Below, piece by piece: positions 9,691 through 18,932 of a DNA stretch of 64,000 bases (position 1 is its first letter; each line of letters opens with the position of its first letter). The position numbers and the translations under genes were made by a program. The stretch comes from a virus. The notes under the pieces are model-generated. The model saw only the letters and a program-made list of their open reading frames with translations. It ran no database searches and was not told the DNA's origin. The stretch spans positions 1 through 64,000 of the IMG/VR virus record IMGVR_UViG_3300036791_001355; one strand, 5' to 3'.

Positions 9691-11318
9691 GCCTTGGCGC
9701 GTACCAGGGTCAGGGCGTCGTTGCCCGCCGCCGTCAGCATGCTCTCGGGCAACTCACGCAGGTGATAGAGGTAGGTATAATAACACCTACAGTTGTGCGT
9801 AACGATTCCATTGGCTATATACCAGCCGCTACTGGTCTGTAGATTGAACACATGCCCCGTCCAGCGCCGCTGATCGACCTTGATGATGCGCGTCACGCGT
9901 ACGAAGCGGGAGAGAGCATTCTCTCGCTGTCCCGTCGGCTGGGAGCGTCGTGCCGATATCTCACTTACAGCCTGGAACAGGCTGGCGTCACGCTCCGCAA
10001 CGGCAGTGAGGCCAGCGTATTGCGGATGGCCCGCGCAGGTGCCGAGGGCCGCGCCAAGCTGATCGCCGCCGCCCATGCCGCCCGTCGCGGCAGTAAGGCG
10101 TCCGAAGTCGAACTGATCCGCCGCGCCAGCCGCAAGCCCCGCCTGCACGGGTTCGGTGAAGACCACGTGCTCACCGCGCTGCATGCCGTCGGCATTGCCG
10201 CCGAAGCGCAGCGGCCGGTCGGTCCATACAACGTCGATATCGCTTTCGCTGCCGTCGCCGTGGAACTGCTTACGCTGCCCACCGCGCACCTCCGTGACCC
10301 CAAGTTCGAACAGCGCGCCGAATATTTGCGCAATGTTGGTTACTGTGTGGTCTTGGTGACTTTCAGATGGAGATACCCGGATGATCTCACCGGCAACCTC
10401 GATGAGGTCATCGCCTTCTTGCAAGGCGCCAATAGCGACCCAGCCGTCAGGCGTCAGGACTGGATGATTCGGTGTGGCGCGCAGCGTTTTGCCCGTGGCC
10501 GTAATCACCTTGGTCAGCTGACCGCTGTACCAACGCCGGTACGCTACTTCCACACCGTCAGCGAATGGAATCTGCGTCGTGCCGGGTAAGCAGTACACTT
10601 CCTCGCCCGGCTGCGTGATCTGGTCGGTGTAGCCGGCCCGCCCGGCCTTCATCAGGCGCTGCTGCAAGGCCCAGTTGCCCCGGATGGCATAGACCCAGTC
10701 GGCGCCCTTGTAGCGGGCGTCGCGGTCGCGGTGATCGGGCCGGAAATCGTAGTGCACCTGCCTGAAGTGACTGCGCCACAGGGCGGCGATGGCGCCGCCG
10801 TCGGTGGCCAGGATGCTGTTGATCGCCGACACCAGCTTGTGGCCCTGGTCGATCAGCACCCGCCGCTCGCGGAAACTCTGCCCGGCCAGTTCCTTGCGCA
10901 CGTCGTTCTTGGTCTCGACCTTGTCGACCTTGGCGCCGCCGACCGGGATCGAGGTGGCCCAGCCCTGAAAGCGCCGCAGCGTGTCGGCGATGGTCTGCTG
11001 GCGGTTCAGCTTGATGAGGTTGGCCGAGGCCAGGATGCGCCGGTCTAGCTCGGCCCGCAGCTTCGGCTTGACCAGTTCCAGGGTGAAGCGAGAGACGCCC
11101 GGGTGGTGGCGCAGGATCAGGCCCCGGTTGATCAGCCGCTCATAGGTGCCCGCCAACACCCGGCGCAGCTGCTCGTCCAGCACCGCCTCGGAGACCATCT
11201 GCTCCAGCGCCGACTGGCGGATGGTCTCGACCCAGTATTGCAACCGCTCCTCGCTGTCGTAGCCGTGCTCGGCGAGATCGGCGACGGCGGCCGAGACGGT
11301 TTCGAAGAACGTCGCCAT
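9687..11318 (-). CDS. MuF/SPP1 gp7-like head morphogenesis protein interrupted by an intein
   Basis: RRVLIDQGHKL...YDFRPDH...QPGEEVY|intein|CRCYYTYLY; position after portal. Confidence 0.85.
   Translation of the reverse strand: MATFFETVSAAVADLAEHGYDSEERLQYWVETIRQSALEQMVSEAVLDEQLRRVLAGTYERLINRGLILRHHPGVSRFTLELVKPKLRAELDRRILASANLIKLNRQQTIADTLRRFQGWATSIPVGGAKVDKVETKNDVRKELAGQSFRERRVLIDQGHKLVSAINSILATDGGAIAALWRSHFRQVHYDFRPDHRDRDARYKGADWVYAIRGNWALQQRLMKAGRAGYTDQITQPGEEVYCLPGTTQIPFADGVEVAYRRWYSGQLTKVITATGKTLRATPNHPVLTPDGWVAIGALQEGDDLIEVAGEIIRVSPSESHQDHTVTNIAQIFGALFELGVTEVRGGQRKQFHGDGSESDIDVVWTDRPLRFGGNADGMQRGEHVVFTEPVQAGLAAGAADQFDFGRLTAATGGMGGGDQLGAALGTCAGHPQYAGLTAVAERDASLFQAVSEISARRSQPTGQRENALSRFVRVTRIIKVDQRRWTGHVFNLQTSSGWYIANGIVTHNCRCYYTYLYHLRELPESMLTAAGNDALTLVRAKA
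9792..10592 (-). mobile_element. Intein (267 aa) in MuF, lacking an in-frame endonuclease
   Basis: N-terminal CLPGTTQI, block B LRATPNHPVLT, block F/G GHVFNLQTSSGWYIANGIVTHN followed by Cys+1; removal restores EEVY-CRC. Confidence 0.9.
9852..10589 (+). CDS. HTH + Vsr/DUF559-like (PD-(D/E)xK) putative homing endonuclease encoded antisense inside the intein
   Basis: YEAGESILSLSRRLGAS...LEQAGVTLR (HTH); GEDHVLTALHAVGI..Q.PVGPYNVDIAF..VAVEL...R.EYLRNVGYCVVLV (DUF559-like pattern). Confidence 0.7.
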   Translation: MPRPAPLIDLDDARHAYEAGESILSLSRRLGASCRYLTYSLEQAGVTLRNGSEASVLRMARAGAEGRAKLIAAAHAARRGSKASEVELIRRASRKPRLHGFGEDHVLTALHAVGIAAEAQRPVGPYNVDIAFAAVAVELLTLPTAHLRDPKFEQRAEYLRNVGYCVVLVTFRWRYPDDLTGNLDEVIAFLQGANSDPAVRRQDWMIRCGAQRFARGRNHLGQLTAVPTPVRYFHTVSEWNLRRAG

Positions 11319-11319
11319 G

Positions 11320-11562
11320 TCAGGGCGACTTGTCTCGCTTGGTGTCCTTCACCCACCAGCCATTGACGGCCCCACCGCCGCCCTCGTCAGCGAAGTTCTC
11401 CCGGCGGTAGTCGAGCAGGCCCTGGGCGCTGAGACGGTGCAGCTTGGCCCGCGCGGCGCGGGTGTTCCAGCCGAACCGGCGCGCCACCGAGACGGTGGTG
11501 ACCGGGCCGGCGCGGCGGACGAACTCCAGCAGGCTCTCGGTCCAGGCTGGATTGGCGCGCAT
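11320..11562 (-). CDS. Small winged-HTH protein
   Basis: LLEFVRRAGPVTTVSVARRFGWNTRAARAKLHRLSAQGLL. Confidence 0.6.
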   Translation of the reverse strand: MRANPAWTESLLEFVRRAGPVTTVSVARRFGWNTRAARAKLHRLSAQGLLDYRRENFADEGGGGAVNGWWVKDTKRDKSP

Positions 11563-11565
11563 GCC

Positions 11566-11814
11566 TTAGTGGACCTGCACCACGCGCCACGCCATGCCAT
11601 TCTTCTTGAGGATGTTGTCCAGCATCCTCATGGCCTCATCGGGCTGTGTCTCCACCAGCGTACCCATCAGCGTGATGCCAATAGCGAAGCACGCCCGGTT
11701 GACGGTGTGCTCGCCCTCGCAGCGCGTTTCGACATAGGTCCGCGTGGCGTCGGCGCAGTAGGTGATCATCCGCTCCATTTGCTCGCTCGCCTCGGCAAAC
11801 TCGTCCGGGGTCAT
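11566..11814 (-). CDS. Hypothetical protein
   Basis: GGAGG SD, tight packing with neighbours. Confidence 0.55.
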   Translation of the reverse strand: MTPDEFAEASEQMERMITYCADATRTYVETRCEGEHTVNRACFAIGITLMGTLVETQPDEAMRMLDNILKKNGMAWRVVQVH

Positions 11815-12176
11815 GGCCAGCCTCCCATCAGCGTCCTTGGCCCGCTACGCCCGGTGCACGGCAGCTGCCATGCCTGCCGACACGGGGGACACAGGGCTAT
11901 GTGTGTCGCCGCGAACGCTGATGGAAGCTCGTACGGAATGCCAGTGCCTGCCATCCAGTGCCAATGGGGTGTTACGCTCCTATGAACTAGGTGCTAGGTG
12001 GGTGGGCGTATCGCGCGTAACACAGCTGCCATCCAGTACCAGTGCGCCACCATGCGCCGGCATACCGCCAAAAATAATCTTGACTTCGGAAAAGTCACAC
12101 TCGTAGCGTCGTTTCGTCCGACACACTGTGTGCGAGACGTTTGCCGAAACTGTTCGGCAAAAAAGGATACGACGCG

Positions 12177-13196
12177 ATGGCAAAAACAAATCGCAGCCCG
12201 CAAGCGACAATACCGCTGATTTCGCAGGGCGAACAGATGGTCGCGGCCATCCAGAATACCGCGAAAACCGCCACCCCCGAAGATCATGCTTTGCTTGCTG
12301 ACTTGCAGGCAAAATCCCGCAATCATGGCACTGCAGACACTTACGGGATGGAATTGGTTACTGCCACTCCCGGCTTTTGCGCATTGCTATTTCTCGATCA
12401 GGACCACAACCGCCCCTGGGACCCCAACTGGTCCAACGAAATCGGCCACCTGATGCGCAATGGAAAGTGGAAGCCAAACACCGATTCCTACGCGCTCTAC
12501 GGCGATGACGGAAAGCTCGGCAACGGCCAACATCGCACTGCTGCCCAGGCAGTTACCGGCTTCACATTCAAGGTTCCGTTCTTCCTGGGATTAAAGAAAG
12601 CCGACATCGGCGCAATCGACTGCGGCAAGCCGCGCACCGGAGTTGATCTCGCTGCCCTGTCCGGTATCAGCCGGGCCAAAGAAAAGGCAGGTATCCTCGC
12701 GGGCGTCTGGGGATGCCTTCAGGCTGCTGGGGAACTGGTCCGGCAGTATCGCTCACCGGACGATATCGCCATCGAAATCCAGCAGCACGACAAGATGCTC
12801 GCGCGCTCGTTGGAGATTGGTTACGTCTCTGTTGAGCATGCCACGACTCCGGTCCTGCCTCCCACGTTAGCGGCAAAACTGGCTGGGCTGCTCCTCTTCA
12901 AAGGCTGGCCGGAACGCCGCATGATCGACCGGCTGGACGAACTCCAGTGCGCTGATTTTGCTTCTGACAAAGCCCCGCTCGCAGTGGCCCGGCAGTACAT
13001 CGCCTCGAACCGCAAGCCGGACGACACGCTCACGCCGCAGAAAGAACTGGCGGTGGCAGTGAAGGGATTCGTGCTCGCTGAGCAGGGTGCCGTCACCGCC
13101 AAGAAGGCCGAGCTGACCGTGGCCCGCCAGAGATTCCCGGACGCCTCCTATCCTGGCGTGGTACCGGCCGCTCCGACTGTCCAAGCCGCAGACTGA
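12177..13196 (+). CDS. ParB/Srx-fold N-terminal domain protein
   Basis: HNRP...MRNGKW...LGNGQHRTAA...IDCGKPRT; lower GC; start set to ATG 12177. Confidence 0.6.
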   Translation: MAKTNRSPQATIPLISQGEQMVAAIQNTAKTATPEDHALLADLQAKSRNHGTADTYGMELVTATPGFCALLFLDQDHNRPWDPNWSNEIGHLMRNGKWKPNTDSYALYGDDGKLGNGQHRTAAQAVTGFTFKVPFFLGLKKADIGAIDCGKPRTGVDLAALSGISRAKEKAGILAGVWGCLQAAGELVRQYRSPDDIAIEIQQHDKMLARSLEIGYVSVEHATTPVLPPTLAAKLAGLLLFKGWPERRMIDRLDELQCADFASDKAPLAVARQYIASNRKPDDTLTPQKELAVAVKGFVLAEQGAVTAKKAELTVARQRFPDASYPGVVPAAPTVQAAD

Positions 13197-13272
13197 TCCC
13201 GTTCGTGGATATGGGCCGTCCATGTCGCATTGATGGCGGCCCGGTCTGTGTCTTCGCGATGCGGGGGGGATC

Positions 13273-14178
13273 ATGCTCAACGTGGTAACGGAAGACGCGC
13301 GCTCCGAGGAAATCTCGTGGCGTTTGCTGCAATACGAACTGGCCGAGATCGAGCGAAACTATAGCGAGGCCCTGGAGCACTGGGTTCGGGTCGGTCACTA
13401 CCTGCTGGATTTGCAAAGCAAGTATCCGCCGCACGGCGGCCAGTTCGGCCAAGCCTGCGCTCGACACGAGATAACCCTGACCGTCCAGCAACGGTCAGCG
13501 ATGTGGTGGACGACGCTGGAAGACGATCAGCGGGCCACGCTGCGGGAGGAATCACCGGAGGCGCTGGAACCGGAGAGTCTGCAAAAGGCTTGCCGTAAAT
13601 ACCATCCGGCATGGGCGAAGCGCAGCGAATCCTCAGTCTTCGGACGGTCCGAAGACTCAAAAACCAAACGCAAACGAGGGAAGAAGCCGATTCTCAAAGT
13701 CGCGGGAACCGAAGCCGATGAGGCAGAGCCGAAGCCCGAGAAACTGCCGCCGCGCCCCAAACCAACCGCACGCACGCCGAGTCAGTTGCGAGCGCAGCAA
13801 TACAAAACCACGCCGCCGCAGCCACTACAACCGAAAGAGCAGTCTATCATCTGGTATGGCGTCCAGCTCTGGCCACCGGACCCGGCCAATGCACTGATGC
13901 ACGGGGTCTACGACTATCGCCAGTGGTTTTGCGCCATCCGCGATTTCCGCAGCGTCACTGACCTGTTCGCCGACCGCTCCCCCCACAGCATCGCGCAAAA
14001 CATGCGAACGCGGTGCAAGAAGTTCAAACTGATGTTCGCCGACGGATACTCTACCGACAAAGCCGAGGCACTGCGCGATTTGGTCGGCTGTCTCGACACC
14101 CTGACAACGCTGATGGCAGTTAATCCCGAAGGCGAATGCCAAATTCCGGCTGACATCGTCCTGTTCAAGGGAACCTGA
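13273..14178 (+). CDS. Hypothetical protein (DUF3102-like N-terminus possible)
   Basis: Long ORF co-oriented with ParB-like gene; WVRVGHYLLDLQSKYPPHGGQFG. Confidence 0.5.
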   Translation: MLNVVTEDARSEEISWRLLQYELAEIERNYSEALEHWVRVGHYLLDLQSKYPPHGGQFGQACARHEITLTVQQRSAMWWTTLEDDQRATLREESPEALEPESLQKACRKYHPAWAKRSESSVFGRSEDSKTKRKRGKKPILKVAGTEADEAEPKPEKLPPRPKPTARTPSQLRAQQYKTTPPQPLQPKEQSIIWYGVQLWPPDPANALMHGVYDYRQWFCAIRDFRSVTDLFADRSPHSIAQNMRTRCKKFKLMFADGYSTDKAEALRDLVGCLDTLTTLMAVNPEGECQIPADIVLFKGT

Positions 14179-14201
14179 CGGCCAGCCAGCAGGAGAAGCC
14201 G

Positions 14202-14507
14202 ATGGACACCCGCAACCGGATCACCATTCACGACGTGGCCGCTGACCTGGGCCTCGAACTGAGCCACGCCCAGGCATGGCGCATCGGCGATGCCGTCAAG
14301 CGCATCCACCGCTGGGATACCGGCGAGCTGCCGGTCAAGGACAACCGCACCAAGAAGGCCGGCACCGGCAGCCACTGCTTCGCGCTCTATCCCGACACCG
14401 CCGAATGGCGCGAGCGCATCGCCCGCCAGATCCGCACCGTCAGGGCCGAGGAGCCAACCACGCAGACCGACCTGTTTGCTACTCCCCCATCCCCGTCTTC
14501 TGCTTGA
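14202..14507 (+). CDS. Hypothetical, probably DNA-binding protein
   Basis: AGGAG SD; ITIHDVAADLG...AWRIGDAVKR. Confidence 0.6.
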   Translation: MDTRNRITIHDVAADLGLELSHAQAWRIGDAVKRIHRWDTGELPVKDNRTKKAGTGSHCFALYPDTAEWRERIARQIRTVRAEEPTTQTDLFATPPSPSSA

Positions 14508-16056
14508 ACGGCATCACCTTGGGCTGCTTCTGACCACCGCCGCCGGGAGGCCCACCACCACCGCCAGGAGGGCCGCCAGGGCCGCCACCCGCACCACCCG
14601 GCCCACCACCACCGCCCATGCCCATGCCGCCCTGCATGGCCTGCTCCTGCTGCTCCTGCTGCTTGGCGCCAAACTCCGCCAAGGCCTCGGTGTCGAGCAC
14701 CAGCGGCACGCCGAACAGCAACTCGGTGTCGGCGATGTTGTCGCAGGCCCAGTCCAGCACGCGCGCCTTGTTCTCCGGGTCCATGTTGGGCAGGAACGTC
14801 TCCACCACGCCGATGATGGCCCGCAGCTTGACGTCGTCGGTCTTGACCCGCTCGCTCTCGGGCTCGATCAAGAGACTGGGCCACGAGGCGATGAAATCAT
14901 TCTGCCACCGGCTCATGGCCGCCTCGTACGTCATCTTGCCGTACTGGTCCGGGTAGGTCTGCTGCATGCGCTGGAAGAACTCCCGGTTCCACGCCCGGTG
15001 CTGCACGATGCGGTCGAGGAACTCGTAGGTCGGGTGCATCTCCTCGCGGAAGCGCTCGATATACCGCGCGATGTTCTTGGCATCCTCCGAGCCCTCGCCG
15101 AAGCCGGACACCAAAGTCTCGTTCTCCAGCAGCACCGCCGGCATGTCCGCCGCCGTGGCGAGGTTCTTGAGGATGTTGGTGCGCGCGAACGTCCCCGCCC
15201 CGTCGATGTTCTGCATGTTCAGCGTCTCGATGTTTTCCTCCACGTCGATGCTGAGCACGTTGTCGGTCTGCGCCTGCTTCAAGAGCGAGCGCTTCATGCT
15301 GGCGATGCCCACCATGACGCGGTCAATGATGCTGCCGGGGCTCTTCATCTTGGCGATCAGCACGCCCGCCTTGCGGGTGATCATGTCGTCGGTGCGCATC
15401 GATTGGATGAAGCTCTTGAGCGGGAACAGCGAGCGCTGATACACGCTCCGCCCGACATAGCCGAAGGCCGACGAGGTGAAAGCGATGTAGACCGGCTCCT
15501 CGTTCATGATCACGCACACCCGCGAGCGGTGATAGGTCTGCCCCTGGGTGGTGATCACCGTGGTCTTCTGGAACTCGGGCGAGTTGGGATCTTGGCTGAG
15601 AATCAGCGACCCCGCCGTATTGAGCGGATCGAGCACGTTGAAATAGAGTTCTTCGTCGGCATAGCGCTCGGGCGGGATCACCTCGGTGGAGGGGATGCCC
15701 ACGGCGCCGACGACGATGCTGGCGATGCCGTAGGCGCGAGCGAGACGGTGGCCGCTGTGGATGATGCGGTCGGCGTGAATCGCCCCCCACTGGCGCTCGA
15801 AGGCTTCGTGGACGTCGGGCGGCGCGCCCGCCACCTCGATCTTGCGTTTCTGCGACTGCGCCAGGGTGATCGGCGCCTCCACCATCTTCGCCCCCAGCGG
15901 GTGGTAGAGCAGGATGGTCTTGCACAGTTGGTAGCTGGGATCGGAGCCGGGCACGATGTCGTCGGCGGTGAGCATCTCTAAGAGCGCCGAACCCATGCTG
16001 GAGGTGCTGAGCGTGAGCATGGCGCCGGTCGGCTCGGGGCCTGAACTGCCTGACAT
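14479..16056 (-). CDS. Portal protein (DUF1073 family)
   Basis: SYQLCKTILLYHPLGAKM...YHRSRVCV...FGYVGRSVYQR...ATAADMPA...GFGEGSEDAK; between terminase and MuF. Confidence 0.85.
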   Translation of the reverse strand: MSGSSGPEPTGAMLTLSTSSMGSALLEMLTADDIVPGSDPSYQLCKTILLYHPLGAKMVEAPITLAQSQKRKIEVAGAPPDVHEAFERQWGAIHADRIIHSGHRLARAYGIASIVVGAVGIPSTEVIPPERYADEELYFNVLDPLNTAGSLILSQDPNSPEFQKTTVITTQGQTYHRSRVCVIMNEEPVYIAFTSSAFGYVGRSVYQRSLFPLKSFIQSMRTDDMITRKAGVLIAKMKSPGSIIDRVMVGIASMKRSLLKQAQTDNVLSIDVEENIETLNMQNIDGAGTFARTNILKNLATAADMPAVLLENETLVSGFGEGSEDAKNIARYIERFREEMHPTYEFLDRIVQHRAWNREFFQRMQQTYPDQYGKMTYEAAMSRWQNDFIASWPSLLIEPESERVKTDDVKLRAIIGVVETFLPNMDPENKARVLDWACDNIADTELLFGVPLVLDTEALAEFGAKQQEQQEQAMQGGMGMGGGGGPGGAGGGPGGPPGGGGGPPGGGGQKQPKVMPFKQKTGMGE

Positions 16057-16250
16057 TCAGCACTCCTCGGAAGCCTTCGAGCGACCCTTTGAAAAAGCTC
16101 CGCGCGTCCTACGCCTTTGCACGGGGACGGGAGAGGGCGCGCGGAGAGGTGCATGGAAGAGGAACCCTGCACAGATGACCGCCTGCGCACACGCGGATGC
16201 GCGCCAGGAGTCCGGTCACGCAAGTTGCGTGACCCGTGGCGCGAATTGGG

Positions 16251-17456
16251 TTAGCGACCGGGCGGCAGTCCCACCACGGTGCCGTTGCCATCGACGACGG
16301 GCGTCTGGCCGTGCCACTCGCAGTCAGGGCCGAAGGTCAGCACGCCGCCCTGTAGTTGAATGAACGTATCATTACAGTCGAGCTGCATGACGGTGCCGGT
16401 AACCACGTTGTTGTCGAGCAAGCCCTTGTCCTGATATTCCAGCCCGTAACTGATGACGCGGCGATTGGGCGAGTTCGCCGGCTTGGCCAGGGTCGCGTTC
16501 CTGACCTCCAAGAGGCCGCCGTTGCAGCAGTCGATCAGGGAAGCTGTCGAGTTCCGCATGGTGCCGCCATCGACATAAGCGTGCCACGCCCGCGACTTGA
16601 GCGAGTAGCCCTCGGTCGGATCGACGCTGTCGGTGTTCTTCAGTCGTACTGCGTAACCATCACCGACATAGATGTTGTGGGTGTAGCCATCGCCAAGACC
16701 GTTATGCTCTAGCAAGCAATTCACGATGGTGATGTCCCACATCGGCCCGTTATCGGCGGCGACGCCGTTCTGATTGTTGCTGAAGTGACAACCCTCGACG
16801 GTGCCGTAGCCGGCGGCATCGCAACGTACCGCCGCCACCAGCGTATGGCTCTGCTCGCGAATGCCGGCGCCGCTGATGGTAAAGCCCTTGATGTGCCATG
16901 CCGGGGTCGAGGCGACAATCGCCGCCTTGCCCTGATAAACCAGTTCACTAACCGGAACATCACTGAAATCCCAACGAACGCCGGTGCCATCGAGCAGCAA
17001 GTTCTTGTAGATCACGAACGATTCGCGCGGGGTCGCGGGCGGCACGACGACAGTGTCGCCGTCCACCGCCGCGTCAATCGCCTGTCCCACCGTGGTGTAG
17101 GGCTGCCCCACCGTCAGCGTGCGCCCCGAACTGCCGGGTGCCACCGCAGGCAGCGACGGGGCCGGCGGCGCGCCGGGGTTGGCACCCGATGATGGCGGCT
17201 CGACCGGCGGTTGCTCCACGGGCGGCTGCTCAATGGGGGGCTGTTCGCCCCCGCCGATGTCGAGCGGAGCGCTGAAACTGGCCACCACGCCGTTGTCAAA
17301 CGTGACCGTGCCCGCCAGGGTCGGCACCTGTGCCGCCGCGCCCTGGGCCACTTCCTTGATGGTGGTATCAAATAACCCCGTCACGCCATCCGTCAGCGTC
17401 AACGTGCCAGAGAGTCGCGCCGTGGTAGTCGCCAGCGGTTTGGGTGGCTTGGCCAT
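16251..17456 (-). CDS. Right-handed parallel beta-helix (pectin-lyase-like) protein with Pro-rich linker
   Basis: YTTVGQAIDAAVDGDTV...CHFSNNQNG...HNGLGDGYTHNIYVG...KSRA; start set to ATG 17456 (AGGAG SD). Confidence 0.7.
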   Translation of the reverse strand: MAKPPKPLATTTARLSGTLTLTDGVTGLFDTTIKEVAQGAAAQVPTLAGTVTFDNGVVASFSAPLDIGGGEQPPIEQPPVEQPPVEPPSSGANPGAPPAPSLPAVAPGSSGRTLTVGQPYTTVGQAIDAAVDGDTVVVPPATPRESFVIYKNLLLDGTGVRWDFSDVPVSELVYQGKAAIVASTPAWHIKGFTISGAGIREQSHTLVAAVRCDAAGYGTVEGCHFSNNQNGVAADNGPMWDITIVNCLLEHNGLGDGYTHNIYVGDGYAVRLKNTDSVDPTEGYSLKSRAWHAYVDGGTMRNSTASLIDCCNGGLLEVRNATLAKPANSPNRRVISYGLEYQDKGLLDNNVVTGTVMQLDCNDTFIQLQGGVLTFGPDCEWHGQTPVVDGNGTVVGLPPGR

Positions 17457-17563
17457 CGCTTTCTCCTGTGGGTTTGGTTCCACCATCCGAGGCACGGCAT
17501 GATGGCCAGGGGTCACCCCCTTCGTGGCTGACCGATGCCGCCGCTTACCCATGGGAGAACGCC

Positions 17564-17848
17564 ATGATCACCCTCACCGTTGCGGGCGAGTTCACCCCCC
17601 TGGAGCTAGCCGCATTCCTCTGCCTGATCCAGGGTCTGGACCGCGCCCGCAGAGAAGACAAGCACTGGAGCGTGAATGTTGACGACGCCGACGGCGCCAC
17701 GGTACGCGAGGCCGAGGCGCTGCTGCGTCAGACCCCGCCGCCCGCCGTCGATGCCCACGAAGCCATGGTGCGCATCACCGCTGCCGGCGAGGTCGCTCGA
17801 AACCTCGCTCCCGAGGTTCGCACCCACCCCAACAAAGGAGGACACTGA
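17564..17848 (+). CDS. Hypothetical protein
   Basis: GGGAG SD; contains translated repeat A (EVARNLAPE). Confidence 0.5.
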   Translation: MITLTVAGEFTPLELAAFLCLIQGLDRARREDKHWSVNVDDADGATVREAEALLRQTPPPAVDAHEAMVRITAAGEVARNLAPEVRTHPNKGGH

Positions 17849-18046
17849 ATGGCCCGCCTGCTGGCCTGGATCAGCATCGACGGCAACAGCGCCCTGGCCT
17901 GCTACCTCAGCGAGACCGCCCAGGAGCGCCAGCCCGCGACCCAGTGGTTCCCCACCGCCGCCGCCGCCAAAGCCTGGATTCAGCACGAGGCAGCGCGGCT
18001 CAAGGTCGGCATCGCTTGGCTGGATCGTCACACCCGGCGCGGTTGA
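17849..18046 (+). CDS. Hypothetical protein
   Basis: AGGAGG SD; abuts upstream stop. Confidence 0.5.
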   Translation: MARLLAWISIDGNSALACYLSETAQERQPATQWFPTAAAAKAWIQHEAARLKVGIAWLDRHTRRG

Positions 18047-18243
18047 TCGCCGTCTTCCTCCAGCAGGGTCAGGCTGACCCAGTGGCCCGAGGCAAAGGCC
18101 CGCCGCAGATAGTGCCCGTCATCGTAGAGCAGCAGCGCGCCGCCGCCGCAGCACTCCACCATATGCGCCTCGATCACCTCGTGGACGGTGCCCCTATTCT
18201 CCGTGGTGGCCCCCCAGTGCGGCAGTTCCACCCGGTAGCGCAT
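18028..18243 (-). CDS. Hypothetical protein
   Basis: Part of tightly packed minus-strand run after terL. Confidence 0.45.
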   Translation of the reverse strand: MRYRVELPHWGATTENRGTVHEVIEAHMVECCGGGALLLYDDGHYLRRAFASGHWVSLTLLEEDGDQPRRV

Positions 18244-18245
18244 GG

Positions 18246-18488
18246 CTATGGCCGGTGCCGGTCGGGGAAAATGACGTAGACCATATCGCCCCAGAGCGCC
18301 CCCATATTTCCCCGCGAGGGCGTCCAGACCAGCCGCGATGGCGCGTCCGCCATCGCCTCGCTGAAGCTGTAGAAGATTACCGCCCCGCGCCCCCTGCCCC
18401 AGATGTGTCGGCCGTGCTTGTTGAGCGTCCGATAGTAAAGCGGGCCGTTCTCGCGCAGCCGAGTCAGCACGAAGCGCCCCGCATTCAT
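18246..18488 (-). CDS. Hypothetical protein
   Basis: ATGA coupling with upstream ORF. Confidence 0.45.
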   Translation of the reverse strand: MNAGRFVLTRLRENGPLYYRTLNKHGRHIWGRGRGAVIFYSFSEAMADAPSRLVWTPSRGNMGALWGDMVYVIFPDRHRP

Positions 18489-18808
18489 GGTGTCCCCAGC
18501 ACGTAGGTCAGGAAGTCCCGCAGCAGCTTGATGTCTTCGCGATCCAGCTGCACCCCCATGGTGCAGTGATAGGCCTCTTCCGGGCCGCTGATTTCCATAT
18601 GGCTGGCAATGAGCGACAGGGTGCAGCCGCCTTCTTCGATGTCGCAGCTGAGCGACATCTCCCGGTCGTCCACATCAAACAGCGTCGCGCTGTCCCAGTT
18701 GCCCTTGGCATCGGCTGCAGGAGCGCGCTTGCGCACGTCCGCATTGCCTGACAACGGACACAAAGTGACGTGGCTGGTCAGATAAGCCAGGAACTCCTTC
18801 CCTGCCAT
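18485..18808 (-). CDS. Hypothetical protein
   Basis: Start set to ATG 18808 immediately after the tandem repeat. Confidence 0.5.
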   Translation of the reverse strand: MAGKEFLAYLTSHVTLCPLSGNADVRKRAPAADAKGNWDSATLFDVDDREMSLSCDIEEGGCTLSLIASHMEISGPEEAYHCTMGVQLDREDIKLLRDFLTYVLGTP

Positions 18809-18809
18809 C

Positions 18810-18929
18810 AAGTCGCTCGCAGCCTCGCTCCTGAAGTCGCTCGCAGCCTCGCTCCTGAAGTCGCTCGCAGCCTCGCTCCTGAAGTCGCTCGCAGCCTCGC
18901 TCCTGAAGTCGCTCGCAGCCTCGCTCCTG
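18810..18929. repeat. Perfect tandem array, 5 x 24 bp (aagtcgctcgcagcctcgctcctg), member of dispersed repeat family A
   Basis: Units at 18810, 18834, 18858, 18882, 18906; no spacers. Confidence 0.95.
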
Positions 18930-18932
18930 AGA

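Noticed and set aside
14479-16056. Anti-CBASS Acb1 label sometimes attached to DUF1073 proteins
   Set aside because: Size, motifs and position indicate a portal; no HxT phosphoesterase domain seen
18810-18929. Possible CRISPR array
   Set aside because: Identical units are contiguous with no spacers, and there are no cas genes
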